From contig CAVVUN010000012.1 in assembly GCA_963751455.1 (NCBI GenBank), forward strand, positions 288,001 through 352,000: a stretch of 64,000 bases of DNA, written 5' to 3'. Under the pieces are notes generated by a model. It did no database searches. It was not told the DNA's origin and saw nothing but the letters and a program-made list of their open reading frames with translations. Shown here piece after piece: positions 21,033 through 29,671 of the stretch. This DNA comes from Nitrospirota bacterium (GTDB taxonomy: Bacteria; Nitrospirota; UBA9217). The position numbers and the translations under genes were made by a program. Every line of letters begins with the position of its first letter. Positions within the stretch are counted from its first letter, which is position 1.

Positions 21033-21292
21033 GGTATCTGTGTTTTTCTATGCCGCCATTATTGTCGAAAGTTTAATTCAACATTTATCTACCACGCTGC
21101 CCTTCTGTTGACGAGTGCCGCGAAGAGTCTGAGCCAGGCTGAAAGGCTGCCCCTCGCCGGCATTTCTCTCCGCAAAGCTGTAGAATCTTCAACCAACCCA
21201 AAGCACTGGTTGAGGAGCCATAGCTGAGCAAAGTTCTGCCGAGAAAACCATGCTAATGAAGCGAGGGGCCAAAGTTGTTTTTTGCCGATGGA

Positions 21293-21505
21293 CTACCAGT
21301 TCATGATACCGCCACCCCGCACGAAACCTGCACGAGCCAAATCAGCACGAATATTCGCCAGTTTGGCTTTTGCTTCTTGAACTTTCGCCTTAGCTTCATG
21401 GAACTGAGCCAAGGCCTGAAAGTCCTTGGAAACTAAATTTTTGTGCTCCGTTCGGAGGCGGAGCTCCACAATACCACTGGTACTCACTTTCTTCTTTTCT
21501 GCCAT
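21293..21505 (-). CDS. Putative RiPP precursor peptide 2 (70 aa, ends LARAG-FVRGGGIMNW)
   Basis: AAGGAGG RBS; paralog of 21607-21810; located in an RRE/rSAM cluster. Confidence 0.8.
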   Translation of the reverse strand: MAEKKKVSTSGIVELRLRTEHKNLVSKDFQALAQFHEAKAKVQEAKAKLANIRADLARAGFVRGGGIMNW

Positions 21506-21606
21506 CTTCCTGTCCTCCTTTTTTAATTAAGATTCTCCAATAGACACTTCGCACCGTTTGCTGTCCAAATGTTCATTAAGCCATTAATGGCACTGGGCTT
21601 GGTGAT

Positions 21607-21810
21607 TTACCAGTTATCCGATACGTCGCCAAGCACTAAACCCGCACGAGCCAAGTCAGCACGAATATGCGCCAATTTGGCTTTTGCTTCTTGAACTTTC
21701 ACTTTAGCTTCATGGAACTGAGCCAAAGCCTGAAAGTCCTTGGAAACTAATTTTCTGTGCTCCGTACGAAGCTCCTCGATACCGCGAATACCTAATTTCT
21801 TTTCAGCCAT
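21607..21810 (-). CDS. Putative RiPP precursor peptide 1 (67 aa, ends LARAG-LVLGDVSDNW)
   Basis: AAGGAGG RBS; shares LVSKDFQALAQFHEAKxKVQEAKAKLAxIRADLARAG with peptide 2. Confidence 0.8.
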   Translation of the reverse strand: MAEKKLGIRGIEELRTEHRKLVSKDFQALAQFHEAKVKVQEAKAKLAHIRADLARAGLVLGDVSDNW

Positions 21811-21869
21811 TTTTTTCTCCTCCTTTCTTGAATTAAATTAAACACAAGAGATTTTGATCTCAGCAATCC

Positions 21870-23390
21870 CTATATATGATTACTAAATCGATTTGAATCG
21901 TTCAAAACAAAGTTCTTATGACCAACAGCCGCAGCTGAGGCGCCTGCCATCCTCCCAAAAAAAGCGCCAGATAACAGACCAGTTCCGGCTAAATAGTTAT
22001 GATTGAAAAGGCCTCCCACCATTTCTCCGCAAGCGAAAAGGCCGGAGATAGGTTTCTGATTTGAATCAAGCACCTGAGCCATCTCATTTATTTTTACACC
22101 TCCATAAGTAAAAGTGATACCACCAGTAACGGGATATGCAAAAAAAGGCGGATCCTCAAGCCGGCGCGCCCAATTAGATTTAGGTGGTTGAATACCCGCA
22201 GCCGTCAAACCATCCAATTGGGTCGGGTCGAACTCACCTTGGCGCTGAGCCCCGTTATATTGCTTAAGCACTTCACATGCCCTAGCTTGATTTATTGGCA
22301 ACATCTTAACGAGGGATCCCAAGGAATCAGCGAGGATTGGTTTCCCGGTCTTATAGCGTTTCTCCAGCAGCGGCACGGCATTCGCGTCAAATATCTGGTA
22401 GGCTATGCCATTGGGCTGGCTTAGGATGATTCGACCCATCTTTGCATACGTGAAAAACTGAAAGTCTTCTCCTTCGTCACAAAAGCGCTGGCCGAGGCGA
22501 TTCAGCATCACTCCAAAAGGATAGGAAAGCCGGTTGGACTTATCAGTCAATGAACGGGAGCCGAAAAATGAAGTGCCCGCGTCAATGGGTGTAGAATGAC
22601 AGTGCGTGAAATTACCGTATCGAAGCGCGTTTAAGTCAAAAGCCATGCGCAAACCATCTCCGGTATTATAGGCAGTGCCTCGAACTCTCGCTTGAGCCCA
22701 TTGCCTACCCAAATAGTGCGCACGCCAAGCAGCATTAGACTCAAACCCCCCACAGGCCAGTATAATAGCTTTAGCGGTTAATTGAGAATATCCTTTCGGG
22801 CTCCGGGCAAGAACACCCGTAACCCTCGACCGATTATCCCGGGTTAGCGATACTGCAGCTGTTTGATATAGCACCTCTATTCCTCGTTCAGCAGCAATGT
22901 TGAACCACATTCGTGATAGTCCTACGCCTCCATCGCGTACCTGAACCAAAGCTCCAGGCGACCATCCCACCTTATTTTTGTGGCAAATAGCGCTCAAGGA
23001 TACGGCCAATTCCATAGCTATGCCTTGGTTTACCAACCAGCGGACTGTGTCATAAGAGTGATTGACCAACAGCATGCTCAAATGTAAATCGATTTGACGA
23101 TGAGTAAGGCGCTGTAGATCCTCCCAAAATTGTTGAGCTGTATAAGATGTTATCTCCTCGAAAAAGCCAGGAACTTGACGTTCGGCATCAGGTAACAGTG
23201 GCCGTAGATCGTTTCTCGAATCGAAGGCGAAACGCAATAGCCCTCCGCTGAAGTAAGTATTTCCACCACGAAAATGTTCAGGTGCTTTCTCGAGAACAAT
23301 AACTCGCTTCGCGCCATTTTCGTGGGCGGATACGGCGGCAGCCATAGCGGCGTTCCCAGCGCCAACGATTATTACGTCAAAATCAGACAT
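21870..23390 (-). CDS. FAD-dependent oxidoreductase, TcuA/CobZ-like (succinate dehydrogenase/fumarate reductase flavoprotein superfamily)
   Basis: VIIVGAGNAA, EKAP..RGGNT, LACGGFESN, NTGDG, GITFTYGG, GLFACGE; no tcuB/tcuC nearby. Confidence 0.85.
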   Translation of the reverse strand: MSDFDVIIVGAGNAAMAAAVSAHENGAKRVIVLEKAPEHFRGGNTYFSGGLLRFAFDSRNDLRPLLPDAERQVPGFFEEITSYTAQQFWEDLQRLTHRQIDLHLSMLLVNHSYDTVRWLVNQGIAMELAVSLSAICHKNKVGWSPGALVQVRDGGVGLSRMWFNIAAERGIEVLYQTAAVSLTRDNRSRVTGVLARSPKGYSQLTAKAIILACGGFESNAAWRAHYLGRQWAQARVRGTAYNTGDGLRMAFDLNALRYGNFTHCHSTPIDAGTSFFGSRSLTDKSNRLSYPFGVMLNRLGQRFCDEGEDFQFFTYAKMGRIILSQPNGIAYQIFDANAVPLLEKRYKTGKPILADSLGSLVKMLPINQARACEVLKQYNGAQRQGEFDPTQLDGLTAAGIQPPKSNWARRLEDPPFFAYPVTGGITFTYGGVKINEMAQVLDSNQKPISGLFACGEMVGGLFNHNYLAGTGLLSGAFFGRMAGASAAAVGHKNFVLNDSNRFSNHI

Positions 23391-23469
23391 AAAACCTCTG
23401 TTAAAAACATCAAAGAACTATGAATAACAGCTAGTTGTCAATCAACTTCAACGGTTGCTAAAAATAAAT

Positions 23470-25164
23470 TTAGTCCCGCATCTTTCTAGGTTGAACGGTT
23501 GTATGGCCAGAAAATAACCATATTTCGCGTTCACGGGGCAGATTGTTGACATCAACATTAGCAGGAGTGTCTATAAATTTTTTTACATTTTCCCCTAAAT
23601 GCAAGGCGATCAATGAAGCCATATCCTCTTTCGACGGAACTGGTATCAGGATTTGTGCACCGAGAAGCTTCATCATGTCCATCGTTTTCGCATTGTTAAA
23701 GGCACAGGTATGTGCATCGTCATAGAGGCAGAGTAATACATCTACCGGCATAAGTGCAGAAATCTCATCGTGAGATAATGAACGTGTCAATCCGCCAATA
23801 TAACAAAACCGGAAGCCATCGAACTCGATGACTGCTATCGGAGATTGATAGACTCCTCCCGAAATCAAACTCTCGTCCCGGTTAATTAGCTGTATTGAGC
23901 AAAAGTCATAATTTATGATGTCGACGGCTCTCTTCCTGTTTACGTTAGAAGCGCCCAAGGGTGTTTGTAACTGATGTTTTTTCGACCAAATACCATCTCT
24001 GTCAAGCACTACCACATCTTCTTGCTGTTCAATTAGTCGAGAGCTTTTTCTGCGGGGGTCCAGAATGACCAGGCCTGGCTTCGATGCCGATTGAAGTTCA
24101 ATAAACCCATCACGACATCTAATACTGTACTTGCCGGCTGATCCTGAAACATAAGGCTTACGCGCCGATGAAACTGATAGCGGGCAGTACAAATCCGCCT
24201 CATCAGATCGTAGCCCCCAACCGACTGCACATGCTCTACAGCCTCCGAGACAATTAGAAAGGTGACCGCAGCTAGAGCAGGTATCAGGCACATTGAGAGT
24301 ACGCAATGCATTCATCCGCGCGCCATAAAACACTTCAGTAAGTCGATGAGTGACGAGATTGCCTAATGGCAATTTAATATAACCGCAAGGGACAAGGTTC
24401 CCCAGGGCATCAACGTGCAAATGCTTACTGAAGCAGCCTGGCTGAGTCGAAGGTGTCGTCCCCTGCAAAAACTCAAAACAGGATGAGCCAAAAGTGATCT
24501 GTCTGTATTTTGACATCGCAATGGCGCTCTTCACGACCTCGGCAACCTGCTCCGCCGAGGGACAAAGCTCATGACTTGCACGGCCCGACGGCACTACGGG
24601 GCGGATTTTAAATATCGCAGCGCCTGCATTGTGGGCGGAATCAGCGACCTGCTTCATTTCTGCGATATTGACTCGTGTAAGCGTCATGCGTACGAGGACC
24701 TGGAATCCCATACTTGAAGCCGTCTCAATATTGGCCAGCGTACGTGCAAATGCTCCCGGTGTGTTCCGATGCCAATCATGAGTAGGTCCAAATCCGTCTA
24801 GGCTCACGTGCATCGTAAAAATGCCTGCATCGAGCATACGGTCCAATTCTTCAGAATTCAAATTATAGGCGTTCGTGAAAAGTATTGATGCGATGCCGGC
24901 GTCAATCAGATGCCTTCCAATAGCGCATACAAGATTTAATTCTAAGGTAGGTTCTCCGCCGGTGATGGCCACTTCTTTCGTATCGAGCTGATGAAGATCC
25001 TCAATAAGCTTTGACCTAAAGCGGGAGAAGTTAAAAACAGCACCTTTTTTCGGCGCCGGGCGCGCACAATGCCGGCATTTCATGTTGCACTGGTCGTTTA
25101 TGCGAATGCGGAGACTCTGGAGTCGCGCATATGGAACGGTCGGAAGCATGTTAGGTTTCAACAC
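23470..25164 (-). CDS. Radical SAM/SPASM protein with C-terminal degenerate metallo-beta-lactamase-like domain
   Basis: CNMKCRHC, TGGEP, SLDG; SPASM C..VPC..CSSC...CLGGCRAC..YCP; C-terminal FDGFRFCYIGGL..VDVLL..ILIPV. Confidence 0.85.
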   Translation of the reverse strand: MLKPNMLPTVPYARLQSLRIRINDQCNMKCRHCARPAPKKGAVFNFSRFRSKLIEDLHQLDTKEVAITGGEPTLELNLVCAIGRHLIDAGIASILFTNAYNLNSEELDRMLDAGIFTMHVSLDGFGPTHDWHRNTPGAFARTLANIETASSMGFQVLVRMTLTRVNIAEMKQVADSAHNAGAAIFKIRPVVPSGRASHELCPSAEQVAEVVKSAIAMSKYRQITFGSSCFEFLQGTTPSTQPGCFSKHLHVDALGNLVPCGYIKLPLGNLVTHRLTEVFYGARMNALRTLNVPDTCSSCGHLSNCLGGCRACAVGWGLRSDEADLYCPLSVSSARKPYVSGSAGKYSIRCRDGFIELQSASKPGLVILDPRRKSSRLIEQQEDVVVLDRDGIWSKKHQLQTPLGASNVNRKRAVDIINYDFCSIQLINRDESLISGGVYQSPIAVIEFDGFRFCYIGGLTRSLSHDEISALMPVDVLLCLYDDAHTCAFNNAKTMDMMKLLGAQILIPVPSKEDMASLIALHLGENVKKFIDTPANVDVNNLPREREIWLFSGHTTVQPRKMRD

Positions 25165-25292
25165 TGATTGCTCCTTTTGATCTTGTCATCACTAGTTGCA
25201 ATATCTCCGCGGCTGGTCACTGTGTATTCGCGCAAAAATTTTAAGCTTTTAATTGGTCTCGCCTAAGATTCTGCAATTCGCCCGCGTCATAA

Positions 25293-26333
25293 TCAAAATT
25301 CCAGAGAGTTTGGCTTAATATTCTGACAAGATGGTACGCTTACCGTGAGGTCATTGAAAAAATTGAAACCCAGCGCCCTGCATGCCGAACAAAAATATTG
25401 ATCGTCACAATTTCCACATTTTCCTTGATATTTTCCAGGCGTTTGTTTTCGTAGAAGTGCCAAAAGTTCAGATGACCAAATTTTTTTCAAATCGTCATTA
25501 ACAAGATTTCCCAAGGCGGATGCCAAAACAGGTTTAAAATGCTCGCAAGGTCGAACTGTGCCATCAGGGGATATTGATAATTTGAACCTACCCGCAGAAC
25601 AAAGCTTCAGATGATCATTTTCCGGACTGCGACTGCAACTGCTGTATCGTAATGGTAACTTGCTAACTGTTGTCTTCGCGCGTTGCCACAAAGCGAATGC
25701 CGCCGACTCATCTTGTGCAAATATATGCTGTCCAAATTTAAACGGTACATAATATTGCATGATAACTCCGCGCAGTCGGTCTGGCAAAGCAGATATAAAC
25801 TCGGCTGGTTCAGGGCATCCTGCTAAAAGTGACCAGACAACCATCACATTAAGACCAGCATCCATTGCATGTATCATAGCCGAGCAAGTCTCATCGAAGC
25901 TGCCTGCCCGCGTTTGCTTGTCGTGGTAAACGCGGTTGCCAAATAATTCAAATATAATATTTCCAACGCCGGTTTTTCCCAATTTAAACCAAAAATCCGC
26001 TTCAGGCATTGGGCCACCTGTAATAAGGTCGCAATCGAGGTCATCTTTAGTTGACTCCTCCAGTATCTCTGGGAGCCACGGGAAAGCATTACAGCCCGGT
26101 GCGATAAATAACACATGCCGAATATTGTGCTCCGACAGAACCAGTAAAACCTTTCGTATGATTCTTTGCTGTTCTTTTGGCTCATAACCTTGGAAAAAGT
26201 AGGGGCAATGTTTGCATTCAAACGCACATTTCCAAGCGAGCTGGATATGGGCCTCAATTGCAACGCTCGGTAGTATGGATAAAAAATCTTTAATCCTCTG
26301 ATCGACTTGTTGATTCATTTTATCAACCAGCAA
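25293..26333 (-). CDS. Radical SAM/SPASM protein (divergent core)
   Basis: CAFECKHC; no clear GGEP; SPASM CSAG..VRPC..CGNC...CSACRA..SC. Confidence 0.8.
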   Translation of the reverse strand: MLVDKMNQQVDQRIKDFLSILPSVAIEAHIQLAWKCAFECKHCPYFFQGYEPKEQQRIIRKVLLVLSEHNIRHVLFIAPGCNAFPWLPEILEESTKDDLDCDLITGGPMPEADFWFKLGKTGVGNIIFELFGNRVYHDKQTRAGSFDETCSAMIHAMDAGLNVMVVWSLLAGCPEPAEFISALPDRLRGVIMQYYVPFKFGQHIFAQDESAAFALWQRAKTTVSKLPLRYSSCSRSPENDHLKLCSAGRFKLSISPDGTVRPCEHFKPVLASALGNLVNDDLKKIWSSELLALLRKQTPGKYQGKCGNCDDQYFCSACRALGFNFFNDLTVSVPSCQNIKPNSLEF

Positions 26334-27427
26334 TAAGGGTCGGGCGCGTATAAATCTCCTGAACTAATGTAAGCCATGGCACGACATCCGCCACCGCATT
26401 GCATAAAGCTGCTGCAATTGCAGCAACGTGGATCGATTCCATCTCTAGCCCTCAGAGCATCCATAACTGGATGCCGCGACAAGATATCATCTATATGGTT
26501 AGATGCCAGTGTACCCAGCGTCAAGGGGAAAACCGGGCATGGATAAGCATGTCCTTGAGCTGTATAATGCAACATATAACCTGCTCCGCACTGAGCTCGT
26601 TCGTCGATGGATCTTTCTGCGAAAAGAGCTGCACAGTGTGGCAGCTCCAAGTGAATACCTATATGAAAAGTAGAAATCTTTTTGATATCTAAAATAAAAC
26701 GCTTTAATGATTCTCCGGACAAAATAGGACCAGACAGGCCGGCTTGTCTGCCCAGAGGCATAAGTGGGAATAGGATTAAGGTGTTGACACCCAGTTCATC
26801 TAGCATGTGAATCATTTGCTGGATATCACTTTGATTATGGCGAGAAACGGCTGTTTGAACAGCCACTCTGACGCCTTTTCTAACAAGGCGCTCGATCGCA
26901 GACCAGGCTTTAATGAACGTGCCCGGGCCTCTCACAGCCTCATGAGCCTTGGATAGCCCGTCCAACGAGACCTTAATACCATAAATATTCATAGAAATGA
27001 GTTGCTCGATTCGTTCATCTGAAAGGAGAATTCCATTGGTTGTTAAACCCCAGAACATTTGCTTACGAGTTGCATAAGTGCCGAACGACTTGACTATATT
27101 CCACTCAAGTAGCGGCTCTCCACCGGTCAAGTCGAGAATAGGTGTGCGTTCACCCATCTGGTTAAAAAGTTCTGCTACCATCAATTCTGACCAAGAGGAA
27201 GTCGAACTCGCAGAGCTGTCGACGGCGCAATGGGTACACGAAAGATTGCATCGTGCAGTTATTTGAACGCTAATGGAAGTAAGGGGCGCTGATTCGAATG
27301 CCATTGTCGGAGAACTCCTGTAATGCTGCGATGAATTTGGGGGATAACCAACTATTGGGTATCCCCCATGTGGTAATGCAGCTAGCGTTTTAGAGACAAT
27401 GGGCAATGTTGACCATACAACCCGCAA
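26315..27427 (-). CDS. Radical SAM/SPASM protein
   Basis: CNLSCTHC, TGGEPL, TTNG, VSLDG; SPASM CGAG..YPC..CCNC...CGGGCRA..DPYC; true start may be downstream (MAFESAP). Confidence 0.88.
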   Translation of the reverse strand: MRVVWSTLPIVSKTLAALPHGGYPIVGYPPNSSQHYRSSPTMAFESAPLTSISVQITARCNLSCTHCAVDSSASSTSSWSELMVAELFNQMGERTPILDLTGGEPLLEWNIVKSFGTYATRKQMFWGLTTNGILLSDERIEQLISMNIYGIKVSLDGLSKAHEAVRGPGTFIKAWSAIERLVRKGVRVAVQTAVSRHNQSDIQQMIHMLDELGVNTLILFPLMPLGRQAGLSGPILSGESLKRFILDIKKISTFHIGIHLELPHCAALFAERSIDERAQCGAGYMLHYTAQGHAYPCPVFPLTLGTLASNHIDDILSRHPVMDALRARDGIDPRCCNCSSFMQCGGGCRAMAYISSGDLYAPDPYCWLIK

Positions 27428-27494
27428 ATCGAACTTTTTTCAACTTAAGCTTAAATTTGCGCATATAGCACCTCCTTTCTCCGTTTGAGTTCTC

Positions 27495-28319
27495 CTAAAG
27501 AGGCCCTGGGCATAATTTATCCCTGCCTGTGCGTCTTCTGCGGGCTCGGCATCCCCCGCCACAATCCTTAATAGCACACTTTAAACATTCATCGGGAACC
27601 CGAGACCAGGTGAGAAGCCTCTCATCATTCCAAATTTCGCTCAAGCTTTTGTTGTCTAAGGAGCCCAGGCAAAGGCGTGAGCGTCGACATGGACGAACTT
27701 CAGCCTGCTCCGAAACAAACAGGGCAAATCGACCAGCTGGGCATTTACTTCCGACATTTACAAAATCAGGGAAAAAACGCTGCATTAATACCAGATCTGA
27801 TATGACAGGTATCGAGCAATTGTCGGAAAATTCAGATACTGCATAAAGAAATTGTCGGTAAGTATCAACCGAAGCGTGTGGAAGCTCCTCGATGTTCACG
27901 GCTGCCACAGATCTTGCTGACAGCCATTCGATCCAAACCTCTTGATTCGCCTTAGGAGGCAAGTAACCAACAATGACAATACTAAAGCCAAAATCCAGGA
28001 GCATGGCGATTTTTTCCTTGAGACTTTTATCGGGCGAAAGACTTGTATCAACGCTGACTCGCAATGTACATGGAGCAAGCCGGCGCCAGGATGGACGAGG
28101 TTGCAAATCCTCGTATGCGAGGGTCAACACAAGTTCATAACCATGTATTACACTTAAATCCAAAGCCGTTTCAATTGGACCCTTGCATACCATGTTAATA
28201 ATGGAAATTCCTCCAGCAAGTATCATTGACAAGCGTTCGGTCCACAGCGTGTGGTCGGGCTGCAAAGGCAAATCTACCTCGGCAATCATAGGCGCTATCA
28301 GGCGTTCGCTTTCGGACAT
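27495..28319 (-). CDS. SPASM-domain protein lacking the radical SAM CxxxCxxC motif
   Basis: C-terminal CPAG..VRPC..CLKC...CGGGCRA..DKLC; only isolated Cys in N-terminal 170 aa. Confidence 0.75.
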   Translation of the reverse strand: MSESERLIAPMIAEVDLPLQPDHTLWTERLSMILAGGISIINMVCKGPIETALDLSVIHGYELVLTLAYEDLQPRPSWRRLAPCTLRVSVDTSLSPDKSLKEKIAMLLDFGFSIVIVGYLPPKANQEVWIEWLSARSVAAVNIEELPHASVDTYRQFLYAVSEFSDNCSIPVISDLVLMQRFFPDFVNVGSKCPAGRFALFVSEQAEVRPCRRSRLCLGSLDNKSLSEIWNDERLLTWSRVPDECLKCAIKDCGGGCRARRRRTGRDKLCPGPL

Positions 28320-29269
28320 AAAGGATCGTTACCCCAAATTTCCTTTGTGGCGCTGTAGGCTGCTGCTCGGCAACCTCTGCATATCGTGCAAAAATCGCAA
28401 GTATAGCACTTGGCTTCAGATGGAACGGTGCGCAGCGATGCCATTAATTCAGAAGTTTGCCATGCGGCGGTAAATCCTACATCGAAAACATTACGATCAG
28501 AAATACGCAGTTTCGCACAGGGTAGCATAGAGCCATCACTGGAGATTACAACCGCCCATCTGCCGGCGGAACAGCCACTCCAGATATCGTTGGGAATATC
28601 TTTGATATATTTTTTTGGAGTTAATAAATTAAGCAAAGGTTCTTCACAAGATAAATTCTCATGCGATTGCATCCATCCCGAGATCGTCTTCAAGACATGA
28701 TCATACTCGACTACTCCGAGAGAAAAATCATAATCAAGCTTGCCGGGTAAGGCGCAAATTCTCTGGAAACCTGCAGGAACTCCAAGACGAACGAACAGAT
28801 TTAAGAATTTGTCTATTTTAGCGATATTTCGCGACGAAAGTGTCACGAGAAAAGTAATTGGAAGGCCTGCATCTCGCAAGCGCAAGACTTGTTCACACAC
28901 TGCTTGCGCCCTTTCATCCTCTGTTGGAAGAGCATGAAGACTGAGTTGAATAAAAGAAATTTTGTTGTGAAGACGGCTAAAGAAATTTTCAGGAATTCGG
29001 AGTCCATTTGTCAAAAGACCTGGTCGCCAGCCAAACTGATTAGCTTTCCCGACCAGTTCCTCAATATGCGGATATTGCAAACACTCGCCCCCTGTAAAAA
29101 CGATTCGCTCTACTCCCGCCTTTTTAGCCTCAGCCAGAAGTTGAGTGCCTTCAAACAGCGGCATATCTGTAATATGGCGTTCAGAGCCTAAATAACAAAA
29201 GGGGCAATCCAAGTCACATCGTGTAGTTACCTCCAGCTCGAGTAAACTTGGCGCTTGCAAATTCAGCAT
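28298..29269 (-). CDS. Radical SAM/SPASM protein
   Basis: CDLDCPFC, TGGEC, LTNG; SPASM CSAG..LPC..CYTC...CRGCRA..DPLC. Confidence 0.88.
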   Translation of the reverse strand: MLNLQAPSLLELEVTTRCDLDCPFCYLGSERHITDMPLFEGTQLLAEAKKAGVERIVFTGGECLQYPHIEELVGKANQFGWRPGLLTNGLRIPENFFSRLHNKISFIQLSLHALPTEDERAQAVCEQVLRLRDAGLPITFLVTLSSRNIAKIDKFLNLFVRLGVPAGFQRICALPGKLDYDFSLGVVEYDHVLKTISGWMQSHENLSCEEPLLNLLTPKKYIKDIPNDIWSGCSAGRWAVVISSDGSMLPCAKLRISDRNVFDVGFTAAWQTSELMASLRTVPSEAKCYTCDFCTICRGCRAAAYSATKEIWGNDPLCPKANA

Positions 29270-29270
29270 T

Positions 29271-29594
29271 TTACAATCCCTTTTCGATCCGGATTAGTTT
29301 GTTATCATTCATTTCCTGGAGAAAACCAGATAACTCTTCTATTAACTCCTTTCTTTCTGGAATTTCAACGTTACCGATTTTTTCTAAATTATAAGTAATA
29401 TCGTCGCAAATTTTGCCGAACGTTGTCGGTTTATCCAATAGACGCCATACCATTGCTTCGAACTCGCCAAATTCGTAGAAGCCGTGAAAATCCGGTCGTT
29501 CTCCTTTGTATCTTGGGAAAACCAGTATCCTCCCATCCTCAGTATCTCGCCACTGATGGCTCTCTAGTCTATACACTAACGTTGAGTCATCCAT
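29271..29594 (-). CDS. PqqD-family stand-alone RiPP recognition element (RRE)
   Basis: 107 aa; three strands then helices with MVWRLLDKPTTFGKICDDI...Y...ELSGFLQEMNDNKLI pattern; directly upstream of rSAM genes; AGGAGG RBS. Confidence 0.8.
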   Translation of the reverse strand: MDDSTLVYRLESHQWRDTEDGRILVFPRYKGERPDFHGFYEFGEFEAMVWRLLDKPTTFGKICDDITYNLEKIGNVEIPERKELIEELSGFLQEMNDNKLIRIEKGL

Positions 29595-29671
29595 TTTACC
29601 TCCTGCTGAACCTAGTGAATTAGCCCAAAGTTCGGAATCACCTCGATAATAAAGTTTAAAAAGGGAGACTA

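Noticed and set aside
21060-21290. Intergenic region after the precursors with hairpin cttcaacca...tggttgagg
   Set aside because: Plausible mRNA-stabilising stem, but too little support for a terminator, ncRNA or further peptide
23470-29594. Calling the cluster PQQ, mycofactocin, heme d1/Ahb or ranthipeptide biosynthesis
   Set aside because: No PqqA ExxxY with pqqB/pqqC, no MftA-type C-terminus, no Cys in the precursors, and no siroheme-pathway partners
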